From Octopus vulgaris (taxonomy: Eukaryota): 64,000 nucleotides of DNA. The position numbers and the translations under genes were made by a program. Of this stretch, positions 11,797-26,602 are shown in pieces (within the stretch, counting starts at the first letter, position 1; each line of letters opens with the position of its first letter). The notes under the pieces are model-generated. The model was not told where the DNA came from, made no database searches, and was given only the letters and a program-made list of their open reading frames with translations. The stretch spans positions 25,978,001 to 26,042,000 of the forward strand of contig OX597827.1 in assembly GCA_951406725.2 (NCBI GenBank), in the 5' to 3' direction.

Positions 11797-12559
11797 TTAA
11801 GGGGCATGGTGCCTACTGAAACTGCTAAAAATAATATTATGTATGTACTCTGTTATAATTGTGTGTGTATGTGAGCATGTGTGTATGTGTGCCTGTGTGT
11901 GTACGTGCATATATTTCAACATTTAGTTACATGTATATTGAAACATACATTCAAAAAGATATTAAAAGCGAGATAGCATTTTAATGAATAAAATATTTGG
12001 GACTAAATCTAATATGATGGATAGATAAATATGAAATTAATTACATTTTAGCGATAAATACGCAGTGCGTCTGTAAACAAAACGCCATAGGCTTAGATCC
12101 GACTTCAAAAGCAACAATGATATTTTAGCTGTAGCCGGGCTGATGTGCTTACGCATTGTTATGACATTAATTGCAGTACTGACTTCTTTATGTTGAAATA
12201 TGTCATGAAATCGTTCACCACAGACTCAATTAGACTCTAAACTTGTACAATGAAGTTTGGAGGGTGGAAACTGTTAGGAAGACTATCTGAAAAACCGTTC
12301 CTGCTGTTGCGTGGTAGAATGTAATATGTTACACCCTTAACACCATTACCTGAATATGTACCACGATTCTGAGTTCAAATATCTTCACTGTCAGCTTCTC
12401 CAGTCATTTTCTTGTTCGACGCACCGATATTTCGACAAATCAAATGTCATTAATATATATCCGTTATACTTTTTGATTTGTTTTAATATTTATGGTACAA
12501 TGTTGCATATTACGTGGATTTTAAATTGTTCAAATTCCCTGCGTTATTCAGTGATCATG

Positions 12560-12805
12560 TGACTGAACAGGCGATCAGATGTTGTTTTACATCGCTGGTC
12601 GCAATGCACCTTTTTGTATTGTTTAGGACGCAACACCGCTGGCTAGGCGAGCAGATCAACAACCCCGCCTAATCGAACGGGGGACTGTAACAAGGCGAAA
12701 TGAAGTGTTTTCTTCAAGAGTACAACGCGCCGCCATTTCAGGTAATCGAACCCACGATATAGCGATCGTGAGGTAAACAGCCTGACCGGTAGTCCTAGCG
12801 CCTTC
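12560..12805 (-). mobile_element. Degenerate tRNA-headed SINE related to family C
   Basis: Minus strand GAAGGCGCTAGGACTACCGG...GATCGC...GGGTTCGATTACC...GGCGCGTTGT...CTTGAAGAAAACAC resembles the heads at 47375 and 15801. Confidence 0.6.
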
Positions 12806-13009
12806 ATGCGTTATTCAGTAGATTAGTTAAGCTAGGCAATTCATCCGAGGCTCTCTTTAAAAGCCAAAATGCAGTGACTGGAGTTGCATTTCTCTCTGCT
12901 GGACAAATAATGTCAATGCCTCACCGTTCTTGTGATATCAAGCATAAAAAGTATAATTTTTCATAGAAATATATGCAGTTATGGCTGAAGCCACAAAAGG
13001 GTTGCTTTA

Positions 13010-13124
13010 CGCAGGCGTGGATGTGTGGTAAGAAGTTTGCTTCCCAGCCACGTGATCACTGGTTCAGTCTCACTGTGTGACACCTTCGCCAAGAGTCTTC
13101 CACTGTAGTCAAGACTCGACCAAG
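13010..13124 (+). mobile_element. SINE family A 5' fragment
   Basis: CGCAGGCGTGGATGTGTGGTAAGAAGTTTGCTTCCCAGCCAC...GGTTCAGTCTCACTG. Confidence 0.8.
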
Positions 13125-13155
13125 GCGCACACATACACATACACACACACATGTG

Positions 13156-13187
<32 letters not shown>

Positions 13188-13206
13188 ATATATACATACA
13201 ATATTC

Positions 13207-13290
13207 GATATGCACATATATACACAAGGGTACTATATGAGTACCTATATAGGTACTCATATAGTACCCTTGTGTATATATGTGCATATC
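13207..13290. repeat. Perfect 84-bp spacerless palindrome
   Basis: GATATGCACATATATACACAAGGGTACTATATGAGTACCTAT is followed immediately by its exact reverse complement. It extends imperfectly to about 13187-13310. Confidence 0.95.
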
Positions 13291-13429
13291 TAATATAGTA
13301 TGCATATATTCTATTAATTTGCCTGTACGTCTGATAATTCGCTTACCACTTGTGATGGTATTTTAATAATACCATCCCTATATTATGTATATATATAATA
13401 AGAGATATATATAATAAGAGTAGATCGTA

Positions 13430-14874
<1,445 letters not shown>

Positions 14875-14879
14875 CAACG

Positions 14880-15029
14880 GTCTCCTTTTACTTTATGTGT
14901 AGCAAATCCACATACAGGGTTTTGTCGGCCCGATGTTGTTGTCGAATACACTTGCCAAAAGTTCCATGCAGTGGTACCGATCCTGGAACCATGTGGTTGG
15001 AAAACAAATTTGTTATCACGTAGCCACTT
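14880..15029 (-). mobile_element. SINE family A fragment
   Basis: Minus strand GTGGCTACGTGATAA...AACCACATGGTTCCAGG...TGGCAAGTGT...CGGGCCGACAAAAC. Confidence 0.75.
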
Positions 15030-15416
15030 CTTAGAAAACATATATTTCGAAACAGATCAATATCGGGAATAATCTATACAAAACCTCTTTCCTGTATTTA
15101 TATATTAATGGATTAAATCGCATTAGAAAACTGTTTTCAGTTCTCTATTGACTTAGAGATAATCAATCAAAAGCGTTTAGTTGTTCACGAGTTGTTTATG
15201 AGCTACCTATTCCTGGCTATTTGTGTTGTTGTTGTTTGTTTCCAGGCAGGAGAGAGTGGAGTCGTCATCTGAAGTGAATAAACGTGTGTATATCCGTAGG
15301 GGTATTTTGATATGGTGTATTCAGTGGAACGGAAGATATGTCAGCTGGATTGGCACAAACGTAGTACGATGGATAGCAAAATTGCCTAGCAAACACACAC
15401 CACACACACTCATATG

Positions 15417-15479
<63 letters not shown>

Positions 15480-15516
15480 ATATGTATCTATCTCTCTCTG
15501 TATATATATCATTGGG

Positions 15517-15801
15517 TACGCCATCTGTTATGATGACCAGTTTCACAGTTGATCTGATTAACGGAGCAGCCTGTGCGAGAAATTAACGTGCATGTGGCTG
15601 AGCATTCCACAGACACATGCAGTTTTAGGGAAATTTAGCGTGATACAGAGTGTGAGAAGGCTGGACCTTTGAAGTACAGGTACCTCTCATTTTTGCCAGC
15701 GGGATGGACTGGAACCTCATGAAACAAAGTGTCTTGATAAAAGACACAACGCGCTGCCGGGTATCAAAATCACGACCTTATGAATACTAAGCCATGCGCC
15801 T
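15517..15801 (-). mobile_element. SINE family C copy
   Basis: The reverse complement matches 47375-47744 (TGTGGAATGCTCAGCCAC...CACGTTAATTTC...CAGGCTG). Confidence 0.8.
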
Positions 15802-17106
15802 TTACTTAAATCAATGTTGATCAACGTGACCAGAATTCGAAACTGAGCCCGCGCCCACAATCTGGGATCCTACCCGCTAGACGGTTGCACCATGTTGTCC
15901 AGCTGTTTATGTAGAAATTATATAAAAGTTCCCCGACATTCAACCGGAATTCTAACAAAAGTCTTCTAATAGAAATTCACACAAACACTCACACACATGC
16001 ATGCACGTATGCACGCACGCACACACATACATATATGTAACTAATATAAGGGGATTAGCTTCGCATAGAATATTTTCTTCATATTTATCTCTACACATAA
16101 TTAACACTTATTTTTTATAATGATCCACATTTACATATAATCATGGCTCAAAAGCAATATATTGTAAAAAGATACGTTTGAAACCAACGAATAGAAGAAT
16201 ATTTATTAAAAAAAGACACCAAAGTACACAAACTATAATTCCCTAAAATATAGAGATTACATTTCTACATAGAAGTGAACTAACTTCTAGAACAATTAAC
16301 ACCAAGAGAGAAATCTGCTGACCAAACACCCAGGATTTACAAGTTAGTAATTTAAAATTTCGTGGTATGCTTAACTGATAGCGTCCACCTTGGTACAGCT
16401 TTCTAAGTAGCACAAACGTTTTGTAAAAAAATCTCCTGAGAAATTAATCTTATCACCCACTTGCATTCTTTTGAGGACCGTTAAACATTCCATAACCAAA
16501 CAGGCCAATACATGCATCTACATGTATGTACTAAGATACTAACATGTATGTCATGGACTGAATCCTAAAAATTAAACCTCCATATGCCCGAAACCCATGT
16601 TAAAGCTCTCATTAGTATCCAAATAAAACCAACTACAAGTAAACTTTGTGACTCAATACACTCATTGCGTTTACCTACATTCTTTTCTGAGAAACAACCC
16701 TATGACCTGAAGATGTCTCACCTAAACAGACACAACTGATTATGCGGAAAGTTTTACATGCATGAATAAATCCCGAATAAAGCTCAACCCCAAATTCAAT
16801 CAATATAAGTTTCCCATAATACCATAACATCAGAACCTTCTTTAAAACTTAGTCAAGGTTTCAGAGCGCTCTACCTACCCCAGAGAATTTCAACCAAACA
16901 GAGACTAAACTAAAGTCAAAATAGACATGACTGTACCAAATCAGATGAGGGTGGAGAAGAGAACATTTAAGTCAATGTTAATACTATTCCTGTTCAAGAC
17001 TAATACATTCAAGCATGCATACATACGAACTTACATACATATTTATATATCTACACACACACACACACACATACATACATGCATAGATACATATACATAC
17101 ATACAT

Positions 17107-17177
<71 letters not shown>

Positions 17178-17716
17178 CATACACACACACGCATATATAT
17201 ATAAATATATACGTTGACAGATACGTGCAGACACACATATATACATATTTATGTACATAAGTATCCACTGACAATATATATTCTAAATGTCATTTTAATA
17301 AACAATACATTGAGATTTCGAATATATTTTAAAAGATATTACAACATATTGTATACTAATTGACATATATATTGTATACATTCTAAATATCGTGTACTGT
17401 TGTAAATGACAATAGCAATGACGTAAACTATTGTAAATAAGAATACCAAATCGTAGTTCCTGGATTCAATTAGATTTTAAATGACGTTAAGATAAATATG
17501 TTCGAAATGACAATACAATACAACCGCGTGCCAATGTATATATGCATACATATATACGTACGTACGTATATATGTATACATATATACGTATGTACGTATA
17601 TATTGTATTTATGTGTCTGTATATATATGTATATATATATTATTTATATATAAGCGCATTATATTTTTTGTTGTCGTTTTTCTTGTTCTTTTCTTGTTCT
17701 TTTCTCCTTCTTCTTG

Positions 17717-17779
<63 letters not shown>

Positions 17780-17799
17780 TAATAATGATAATAATAATG

Positions 17800-17850
<51 letters not shown>

Positions 17851-18047
17851 GTAATAATGATAATAATACAGTTAAAATTATCGATCCTTCATTCAATTAA
17901 ATTTTTACTTTTATTTTCATTCGAGGTATAGCTTTTATCTATATATCGACTATCTACCAATCATAGTATCTGTCTATGTGACAATTCATCCATTTCACTA
18001 TCTAATATGTATGTATGTATGTATATATGTATGTATGTAAGTATATG

Positions 18048-18082
<35 letters not shown>

Positions 18083-18084
18083 CT

Positions 18085-18167
<83 letters not shown>

Positions 18168-19349
18168 GTGAGGGTATATGTGTGTCTGCAATTATCCGTC
18201 TATCCGTCGAGTTAGCAAGACGCATAGACGGATACTCAAGAAAGATGTTTCAGCAACGGTAGAAATCCTTACAAGAATTCCTTTGGCACATTTTGCTCTT
18301 TATGATTCTGCTAATCTACACTCAGACACTCTCATGATCTCATGTTACAAAATGCCGCACCATCAAGTAGAAGCTACCAAGACACCAGCAGAGCCTATAT
18401 CTTTTTGCTTCCTGACTACCAAGATCAAAGAGACGGTCTTGCATTTATATCTCATTATCTAAGTTATAGACGAGTGATCGGTGATATTTTGAGTCAATGC
18501 TGCAACTGGAATCGCTTTGTGTCTAAATGCAAAAGAAGATTCAATTCTTGACCATCAATTACGATGAATGCCGTCTGCAAATTTGTTTTGACACCAGTGC
18601 ACAGTTTGATGAGTCAGTGACATTAAATTACCTGTGGTACTTTTTGTTGATATTAAGAAAATCTCATAGTGTGTCTTTTCAGTTAAAGCTACCTTGGAAA
18701 ATGAATCTTACAAGGGTACATGCTTTTGTTTATATTATAGAAACCAGCAAACAAATTATTTACTGATGGGTCATAATATCTATCAAGGAGATAACAATTC
18801 ATGAAGTGACGCAGAAAATTAAGAGTTTAAATTATAACATGGCAATTGTAAGAATGAATTTATACGTTACTGTTAGGATTCCCTTTCTTCTACATAATAC
18901 GGTGTCATTCCTGGCAATGAATCTGTCGTACCAGTTGCCTGGTATGTGTTTATTATGTAACATTGGGACATCCAGTTATGTTGCTGCGCTATATTTTGTT
19001 GTTATTTAAGCAACGAGTTCGTGGATGCTTAAAGGTTTGGATGTGGTACTAAGAAAGAGTAGGGACTCTTGAAATAAGCATATACACCCATTTCCTATTT
19101 TTATAGATTTGATCACATGGTTTGCATACGCGTATTCGAGCATGAAATATCGTACCAAATCAGCGCAGGGTCTAATTTCTGAAGAACATCTTTAACGGTA
19201 ACTTGCAAAACAGTTTTAATACCTTTGCTAACACAGGTAGGAGCTCAGTGTTGAGTTATAAGCCTTTTTGTATACCTCGTAGTATACTATGGTTACATAA
19301 CGAAATGTGCAGTGTGCCTACTAGCAATTAATATATAATACATACATGC

Positions 19350-19395
<46 letters not shown>

Positions 19396-19397
<2 letters not shown>

Positions 19398-19563
19398 TGC
19401 AGGAGTGGCTGTGTGGTAAGTAAATTTCTTACCAAAACCATATGGTTCCGGATTCAGTCCCACTGCATGGACACTTGGACAAGTGTCTTTTACTATACCC
19501 ACGAGCCGACCAAAGCCTTGTGAGTGGAAATTGGTAGACTGAAACTGAAAGAATCCCGTCGTA
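19396..19563 (+). mobile_element. SINE family A 5' half (uninterrupted target site)
   Basis: GGTGCAGGAGTGGCTGTGTGGTAAGTAAATTTCTTACC...GGATTCAGTCCC...GAAACTGAAAGAATCCCGTCG. Confidence 0.9.
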
Positions 19564-20142
19564 TATAAATATATATAATATAATATAATATAATATATAT
19601 ATATATATATATGTATTTAGGCATGGATATAGGCATTTATACATATAGCCACATATTTACATATGTATATATATATATATCGTTTGTATATAGGTGTGTG
19701 TGTATTTATATATAATATATACCAACACACATTTGTTTACGTATATGTACTTGTATGCATACGTAAATGTACAATACACACACATGTGAGAAACATATGT
19801 GGTGAGATGTGCATTTAATTACAATTTTTTGCCAGATTCCCAAAACAAGATTCCCATATTGAAAATATTTCATATCTTATAGCATGATGCATGGTGTGTA
19901 TGCTCACATTCAGTGGGTCAGTAAGGTATAAGTTTTGCCAATATACAGTACATGAGTAATCTCTCATATCACGGCATCGACACACCCAGACACTGAAACA
20001 GACACACACACAAATACACACACAAAGTCTTATATGTGTGTGTATATATAGGATAGACATGTTTAGATATAATTTTCGCAAGCCAGGACGCATAAATATT
20101 TTTGTAAAAAAACTGATTTATTTATGAGATCACCAATATATA

Positions 20143-21418
20143 TCACGTCATCCCATAACTTCTGTTCGATTTTTCCTTTTAAAAATTGAATGTAATTTAA
20201 TAGTATTTTAGAATGTCTAATGGAATTAAAGATTATTTTTAGGCATTTGTGTACATTTAAACTAATTAAATATTATTTTACAGAATAATAGAATTAAAAT
20301 TTATTTGATTAAAACCCTTTCTAACTTGGCAGTACCCAGTAAAGCATTTAAGGCACATAACGCTTTATGAGTACAAAAAAGGAAACCCTGCAGCCGAAGC
20401 GACTCGAAACATACTCAGTTTATGGGAAAGAATGCTTGAATGAAAGAACTTGCAGAAGATGGTTTGCAAAATTCACAAGTGGAGATTTCAACCTTGAAGA
20501 AGAAGATCGAACAGGACGTCCAGTTGAGTTTGATGATAAGCTCTTCGAGGCATTACTTGAAGAAAATCTTGCATTATCAGTTGAAGAATTGGCAATAAAG
20601 CTTAGTTCAAACCATACAACTATTCATCGTCATCTTCAACAACTTGGAAAGGTTCCTAAATTGGAAAATGGGTATCTCATGAATTGTCCGAAAGCAAACG
20701 CAAATCTCGAATTGACATCTGCTCTTCTCTCCGTTCTCGCGAACTCATTTCACCCTTTGTTGATAGACTTGTGACTGGTTATGTAAAATGGAACTTCTAT
20801 CAAAATGGTAAACGTCGTAAACAGTGGCTTGGTAAAGGGGAAAAAACTCAACCACAAGAGAGAAGGGAACTTCATGGGAAAAAGGTTCTTCTCTCTCTCT
20901 GGTGGGATTGCAAAGGAGTAATTCACTTTGAATTGTTACCACCTAATGCAACAATCAATGCTCAAGTCTACTGTCATCAATCAGAGCGTTTGAACCAAGC
21001 TTTGAAGAAACAAGACCCGCTTTAGTGAATAGAAAAGGAGTGATGCTTTATCAGGACAATGCGGGACCCCACGCTGCAAAGATCACAGTAGATCGAAGAG
21101 ATTGCTTGGGAAAAAATTCCTCATCCATCTTATTCTCCCGACCTTGTTAGACAACCATTTGTTTTGTAGTGTACAGAATCATTTGGGGGATATAATTTTC
21201 GCAAGCCAGGAGGAGGTCGAAACTGACATTTCAGAGTTCTTCGCTTTGAAACCAAGAGAGTTTTACATTGATGGGATTAAAAGGCTTGTAAATAGACGGA
21301 ATGAAGTCATAGATAATCAGCAGGGAAAGTACATCGATGATTAAATTTCAATTAAATGTAACATTTGATCACTTGTTTTCTTTATTCAAAATTCGGACAG
21401 AACTTGTGGATGACCTGA
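20143..21418 (+). mobile_element. Full-length (1276 bp) decayed mariner DNA transposon
   Basis: Imperfect ~30-bp TIRs (TCACGTCATCCCATAACTTCTGTTCGATTTTT / AAAATTCGGACAGAACTTGTGGATGACCTGA) with TA on both sides, enclosing a transposase. Confidence 0.95.
20367..21344 (+). pseudogene. Mariner (DD34D) transposase pseudogene
   Basis: HTH region RTCRRWFAKF.SGDFNLEEEDRTGRP, then VTG(Y)VKW with the first catalytic D lost, LSLWWDCKGVIHFELLP, QDNAGPH and HPSYSPDL. Several frameshifts. Confidence 0.93.
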
Positions 21419-21447
21419 TAGATATATATAGACACATTTGTATATAC

Positions 21448-21513
<66 letters not shown>

Positions 21514-21894
21514 ATGTATTATGTAAATGTATATATTCTATGAGATAATGTAATATTGTTCACCACAGTTCATTATTGGGGAACACATTATAGTATTGTG
21601 ACACAGAGAGCAAAAGGCAAGCATACATACATATACATACATACATACATATATGTAAGCAAATATGCACGTATATACATGTATATGTATATCCATTCAT
21701 ACACACATATATCCACCTATATATGCATACAGACAGACAAACACATACGTAAAACTTGTTTTGGGGATTAGTGGTTATCGACACACATCAAATAGAGCTA
21801 TACAGAAAATCATGTAGATATTGATTTTGAGAATCCCTTTCACATAGAAAATGTAAAACACATTCTATCCGAAACAGTTTCCCCACCCAATATT

Positions 21895-22102
21895 GATTTC
21901 AAGCTTTGGCACCAGGCCAGCAATTTAGGAGAACTGATTAGTCGATCATATCGGGTCCAAAGTTCAAATTTTATTTATTTTATCCTGAAGGATGATGGGC
22001 AATGTCAAGCCCCCAGCAAATTTCAACTCCGAACGTAAAGACGGATAAGATGGAGCTACACATCGTACACGGTGAGCTAAAGATTCTGCCAGCTCGCCAC
22101 CT
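21895..22102 (-). mobile_element. SINE family B, degenerate copy
   Basis: Minus strand GGTGGCGAGCTGGCAGAATC...CGTCTTTACGTTCGGAGTTGAAATTT...CATCCTTC. Confidence 0.75.
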
Positions 22103-22220
22103 TTTTCCAACCCAATTTTAACTTGCCTACTTTATAACTGTATGTGATGTGCAACGAGAACCACTATTCCAGGGAAAGAATTATTTCACAAAATTCGTAT
22201 GAATTCAATATAGATATATA

Positions 22221-22400
22221 TCTATTATATAAAATCCGTTCTGTGTGCGTGTGTGTGTGTGTGTGTGAGTGTCTTCTAGGATCTCGGGCATCCTCCATTC
22301 GATTGCACTCAAATTTGATATGTAGATACCGATGGTATCAGAGCGTGTATAAGACTTGAAAAATTACAAAAATCGATTCCAGGTGAGAATGCGATCGATA
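22221..22400 (+). mobile_element. Probable non-autonomous Helitron 5' end
   Basis: A|TCTATTATATAAAA start, a short (GT)n tract, then CTCAAATTTGATATGTAG, the layout of DINE/Helitron-N 5' ends. No 3' hairpin-CTAG found. Confidence 0.5.
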
Positions 22401-22581
22401 AAATAAATAAAATGGTTTTCCTTTGGAATAGAAAAAAGTATATCTTTATTTATTCTTTTGAAGATGTCTCAAATTTAGGTTAAATCAGTGTTTCTCAAAG
22501 GGGAGGCCTATGGAACGATGGGAAAAGTTGTTTTGAGAAATTTGGTTTAAATGTCTGACAACTCAGCACTGTCCATTGCTC

Positions 22582-22659
<78 letters not shown>

Positions 22660-23103
22660 ATATGGTGTGTGTGTTTAATGATTATAAATAATCATATCAC
22701 TTATTCACAGTAGGCTGCGCGTACTAATCCTCCATGCACTACAATCTTACATCAAATTCTGTCAGAAAAATTCAACAAAATTGTTTAATTGAAATTTTCC
22801 ATATGGCAAAAATTAAAATACCAAAAAATATGCAAAAAATATCGGAACATAAATAGATGAATAAATATCTTACATGATCGACAAATCAATACGTCATTAG
22901 TTAAATAAAGTATCGAAAATAAAAGAAAAGAAAATCGTGAAACTTCCCAGTGTGATTAACGAACTTATCGATCATATTAACGACAGCAAAAACAACTAAA
23001 TTAATGTCAATAAAAACGAAAAATTTACTACCATTACCACCACCACCACCACAATCACAACTACTACTACAACTACTACATCTACTACTGATGCTGCTGC
23101 TGT

Positions 23104-23145
<42 letters not shown>

Positions 23146-23174
23146 CAGCAGCAGCAGCAGTAGTAGTATTAGTA

Positions 23175-23549
23175 GCCAGCAATTTTGGGGGAAGCGATGC
23201 GTTAATTGCATCGACCCCAGTGTTCAACGGGTATTTAATTTATCGACTGCGAAATGATGAACGGTAAAATCGACCTCGGCGGAATGTGAACTGAGAACGT
23301 AGAGACTAGCGAAATACCCATTTCTTTACTACCCACAAGGGGCTAAACACAGAGAGGACAAATAAGGACAGACAAACGGATTAAGTCGATGTAATCAACT
23401 CCAGTGCGTAACTGGTACTTATTTAATTGACACCGAAAGGATGAAAGGCAAAGTCGACCTCGGTGGAATTTGAACTCAGAACGTAGCGGCAGACGAAATA
23501 CCGCTAAGCATTTCGCCCGGCGCGCTAACGTTTCTGCCAGCTCGCCGCC
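23175..23549 (-). mobile_element. SINE family B dimer
   Basis: Intact head GGCGGCGAGCTGGCAGAAACGTTAGCG and two bodies, joined at the same junction as 9468-9848. Confidence 0.9.
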
Positions 23550-23588
23550 TAAAAATAACAGCGTTGATGATGCTGATGACGCTGATAA

Positions 23589-23607
23589 TGATGTTAACAA
23601 TAACAAC

Positions 23608-23687
<80 letters not shown>

Positions 23688-23700
23688 CAGTAGTAGTAGC

Positions 23701-23761
<61 letters not shown>

Positions 23762-23780
23762 ATAATAATAATAATAATAA
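23589..23780. repeat. (AGT)n-(AAT)n microsatellite
   Basis: Directly visible. Confidence 0.97.
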
Positions 23781-23971
23781 TGTTTCCTACTCAAATTCCT
23801 CTTCTTTCATATTGTGATCGTACGATCATCTACATTACCGTGTTCTTTGCCATCATGGTGGATGTCACCCTCGTACTCTTTCAACGTAATTGCAAGAATG
23901 GTGCTCTTTTATTCTTGCTCCTATACCATCATGCATTTCTGTGATGGTTCTTGCTCTAAATAATGCTAGAC

Positions 23972-24309
23972 CAATTTTGTGAAGGTTATTTCTACAGATA
24001 TTTTATAGAAATATAGAAATTATAGCGAGCACTAACTTATTGATATAACGTTTCGTATCGAGACGTCAGATGTAAATAAGCAATGAGATCGATGACAGAA
24101 ATGGTTAATATGTGTATATGTCATATTTCAGGGGTGCTGATGAAGGAGCAAAGATCCCTGAATAATGGCATACACTCATTACCCATTTTTGTCTTCGATC
24201 TCTTTGTTTGTTTACATATGTCGTCTCGATACGAAACGCTGTAGCAAAAAATCAGTGCTGTTTCTAATTTCTATAGAATATCTGCAGAAACAACCTTAAC
24301 AAACTAATT
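23972..24309. repeat. Degenerate long inverted repeat (~160-bp arms) with a hammerhead remnant at the apex
   Basis: GAAGGTTATTTCTACAGATATT...CGTTTCGTATCGAGACG...TTCAGGG pairs with CCCTGAA...CGTCTCGATACGAAACG...AATATCTGCAGAAACAACCTT. The loop contains CTGATGAAGG. Confidence 0.85.
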
Positions 24310-25539
24310 TCTGTAGCACTGCTAACAAATCTAATATACCTTATAGTATATTATGGGTGCATGACGATATACCACGTACCTACAAGTCATTAAAGATAGA
24401 GCAGTGTCTTTTACAATATGATGAATAAAGGTACGCTGAATGGTTTCCAAAAAGATTCTTAATTAATACGAATTTCCCTTGGCAGTAATTGGGACTTAGT
24501 ATGGGTAGATACTTCAAGAAATGAAAAGAATTCATCTCTACGAATAAAACTTATTAGTGGAAAGATAATTTGATTCTTCTTTATAGGCCATTGTCAGTTA
24601 TGTACATATTCCTATATATTATCATTCATAACGATTAGCACCCGAGGGCCACTCCCGAGGAATAGCTAAGGGAAATTTTTACATATTGAAAGAAATTTAT
24701 GGATAATTTTTGGCCAATTTAATTTCCAAAATTGAAATTAAGACGAACTCGCAAAACGACACAAAATCACATTATTTGCTAGCATTTGATCTGTTATGTT
24801 GCCAGTATGTTGCGAAGCTGTATTATATGAGATTTGTTTTTGTTGCGCATAAATCTAAACGTACATTAATTGCTATTTATTTGGTATTAAGATGTATTTG
24901 TTGTCAGTTTTTGCTCTCATATAATTCTTGTTTCTCTTATGTTTCCTACTTCACATATTTTATATTCAATATCACAAAGTATAATTTTTTCTTGACTAAC
25001 TAATTTTAAGAACATGTCCTGTTTTTAATTTATTCGTAGTATCGTCCATTGATTTCATGCAGATTTAGCGTTTAGGGCGACAATAGTTTTATTGTTATTA
25101 TTAATGCGGTATTATTGACAAAGCAACTACTTAATTAGTTTACATGGTTTAATACAGAGTTAACTTTTGTCGCAGTTATCGTTCACACATGTTCCTTTCT
25201 GATATAAGAAAGTCACTGAGACGTAGGGAAACTGTACCTAACACGTGACTGCCTTCAGTCAATCAAATTGTACCTTAATTTTCAAATGTTATGAGCAATA
25301 ACCTCGCCATAAATAGGATCGCCTTTTCAAAATTCCCTCCATAGAGACTGCTATGATATATATAGCTCCACGTCTTTCATACCTTCCCATCGTACTTTTG
25401 AAATTGCTTAAATTAATGTAAATAAAACTTACAGATTCCAACTGCATTTTCAGCTTCACCTGTACACATTTCAACAGTTGTAAACTGAAATATATTTTCC
25501 TTAAATGCATATACATATTGAGGCATACTCTCAGAAACA

Positions 25540-25590
<51 letters not shown>

Positions 25591-25811
25591 TAAATAATAA
25601 TAATACCAAAAATAATAATAAAATTTACTGCCTGACTGAAACTGCAGTTTGCTGCGAGATAGTTTGTAACATACACGTGGGTATAAAGGATAAATGTGGA
25701 TTCACATTCGGTTGTATAATTTTGGGGAGTACGGTTGAAATATTAGTTATGCGATGAAGCTTGATCGCGTACATTTTTAATCCTGATGCTAAAAAATTTA
25801 TAACTTGAATT

Positions 25812-25873
25812 ATTACACTGAGGAAAAAAATAGGTAAATATAATTTACTTTAATCTCGAAACGCGTCTGTAAT
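25812..25873 (+). ncRNA. PLE-type type I hammerhead ribozyme motif (stem II base decayed)
   Basis: ATTACA-CTGAGGA-[stem II containing GTAAAT/ATTTAC]-C-GAAAC-GC-GTC-TGTAAT. Stem I has 6 bp, stem III is the palindrome ACGCGT, and the cleavage triplet is GUC. Confidence 0.75.
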
Positions 25874-26073
25874 TAATCGAAGTCGTGTGGATTCATAATT
25901 TTTTTCTTTTTGCGTACATAAAAAAGTGTTATTTCTCGGAGATACTTATGGTAGTTGAAATAGCATTAGCTTCTATTTCTAATTTCAGTATGTGGCGAAG
26001 CAGTTTACTGACCCCTGATTACAATTATATTTAGGTATATAATTATAGAATTATATATTCTTTCTTTCTTTCT

Positions 26074-26468
26074 TTCTTTTACTTGTTTCAGTCATTTGAC
26101 TGCGGCCATGCTGGAGCACCGCCTTTAGTCGAGCAAATCGACCCCGGGACTTATTCTTTGTAAGCCCGGTACTTATTCTATCGGTCTCTTTTGCCGAACC
26201 GCTAAGTGACGGGGACGTAAACACACCAGCATCGGTTGTCAAGCAATGCTAGGGAGACAAACACACCAACACACACACATACACACACACATATATATAT
26301 ACATATATACGACAGGCTTCTTTCAGTTTCCGTCTACCAAATCCACTCACAAGGCATTGGTCGGCCCGGGGCTATAGCAGAAGACACTTGCCCAAGATGC
26401 CACGCAGTGGGACTGAACCCGGAGCCATGTGGTTGGTTAGCAAGCTACTTACCACACAGCCACTCCTG
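26074..26468 (-). mobile_element. SINE family A, full-length copy
   Basis: Head, CORE-like CTTGGGCAAGTG, internal (TA)/(TG) tract and tail ...AAATGACTGAAACAAGTAAAAGAG. Nearly identical to 33297-33759. Confidence 0.95.
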
Positions 26469-26558
26469 TATACACATAACACAAGCATGCATTTGCATAT
26501 ATACATAGACACTTGCGCGCGCACACACACACACACACACATACACGCACTCACACAC

Positions 26559-26602
<44 letters not shown>

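Noticed and set aside
16020-16990. Possible old minus-strand LINE remnant
   Set aside because: Strand-biased composition only; I could not read convincing protein motifs.
18527-18766. RLQICFDTSAQFDESVTLN resembles the BEL/Pao RT motif
   Set aside because: Only one weak motif, with no supporting downstream motifs or LTRs.
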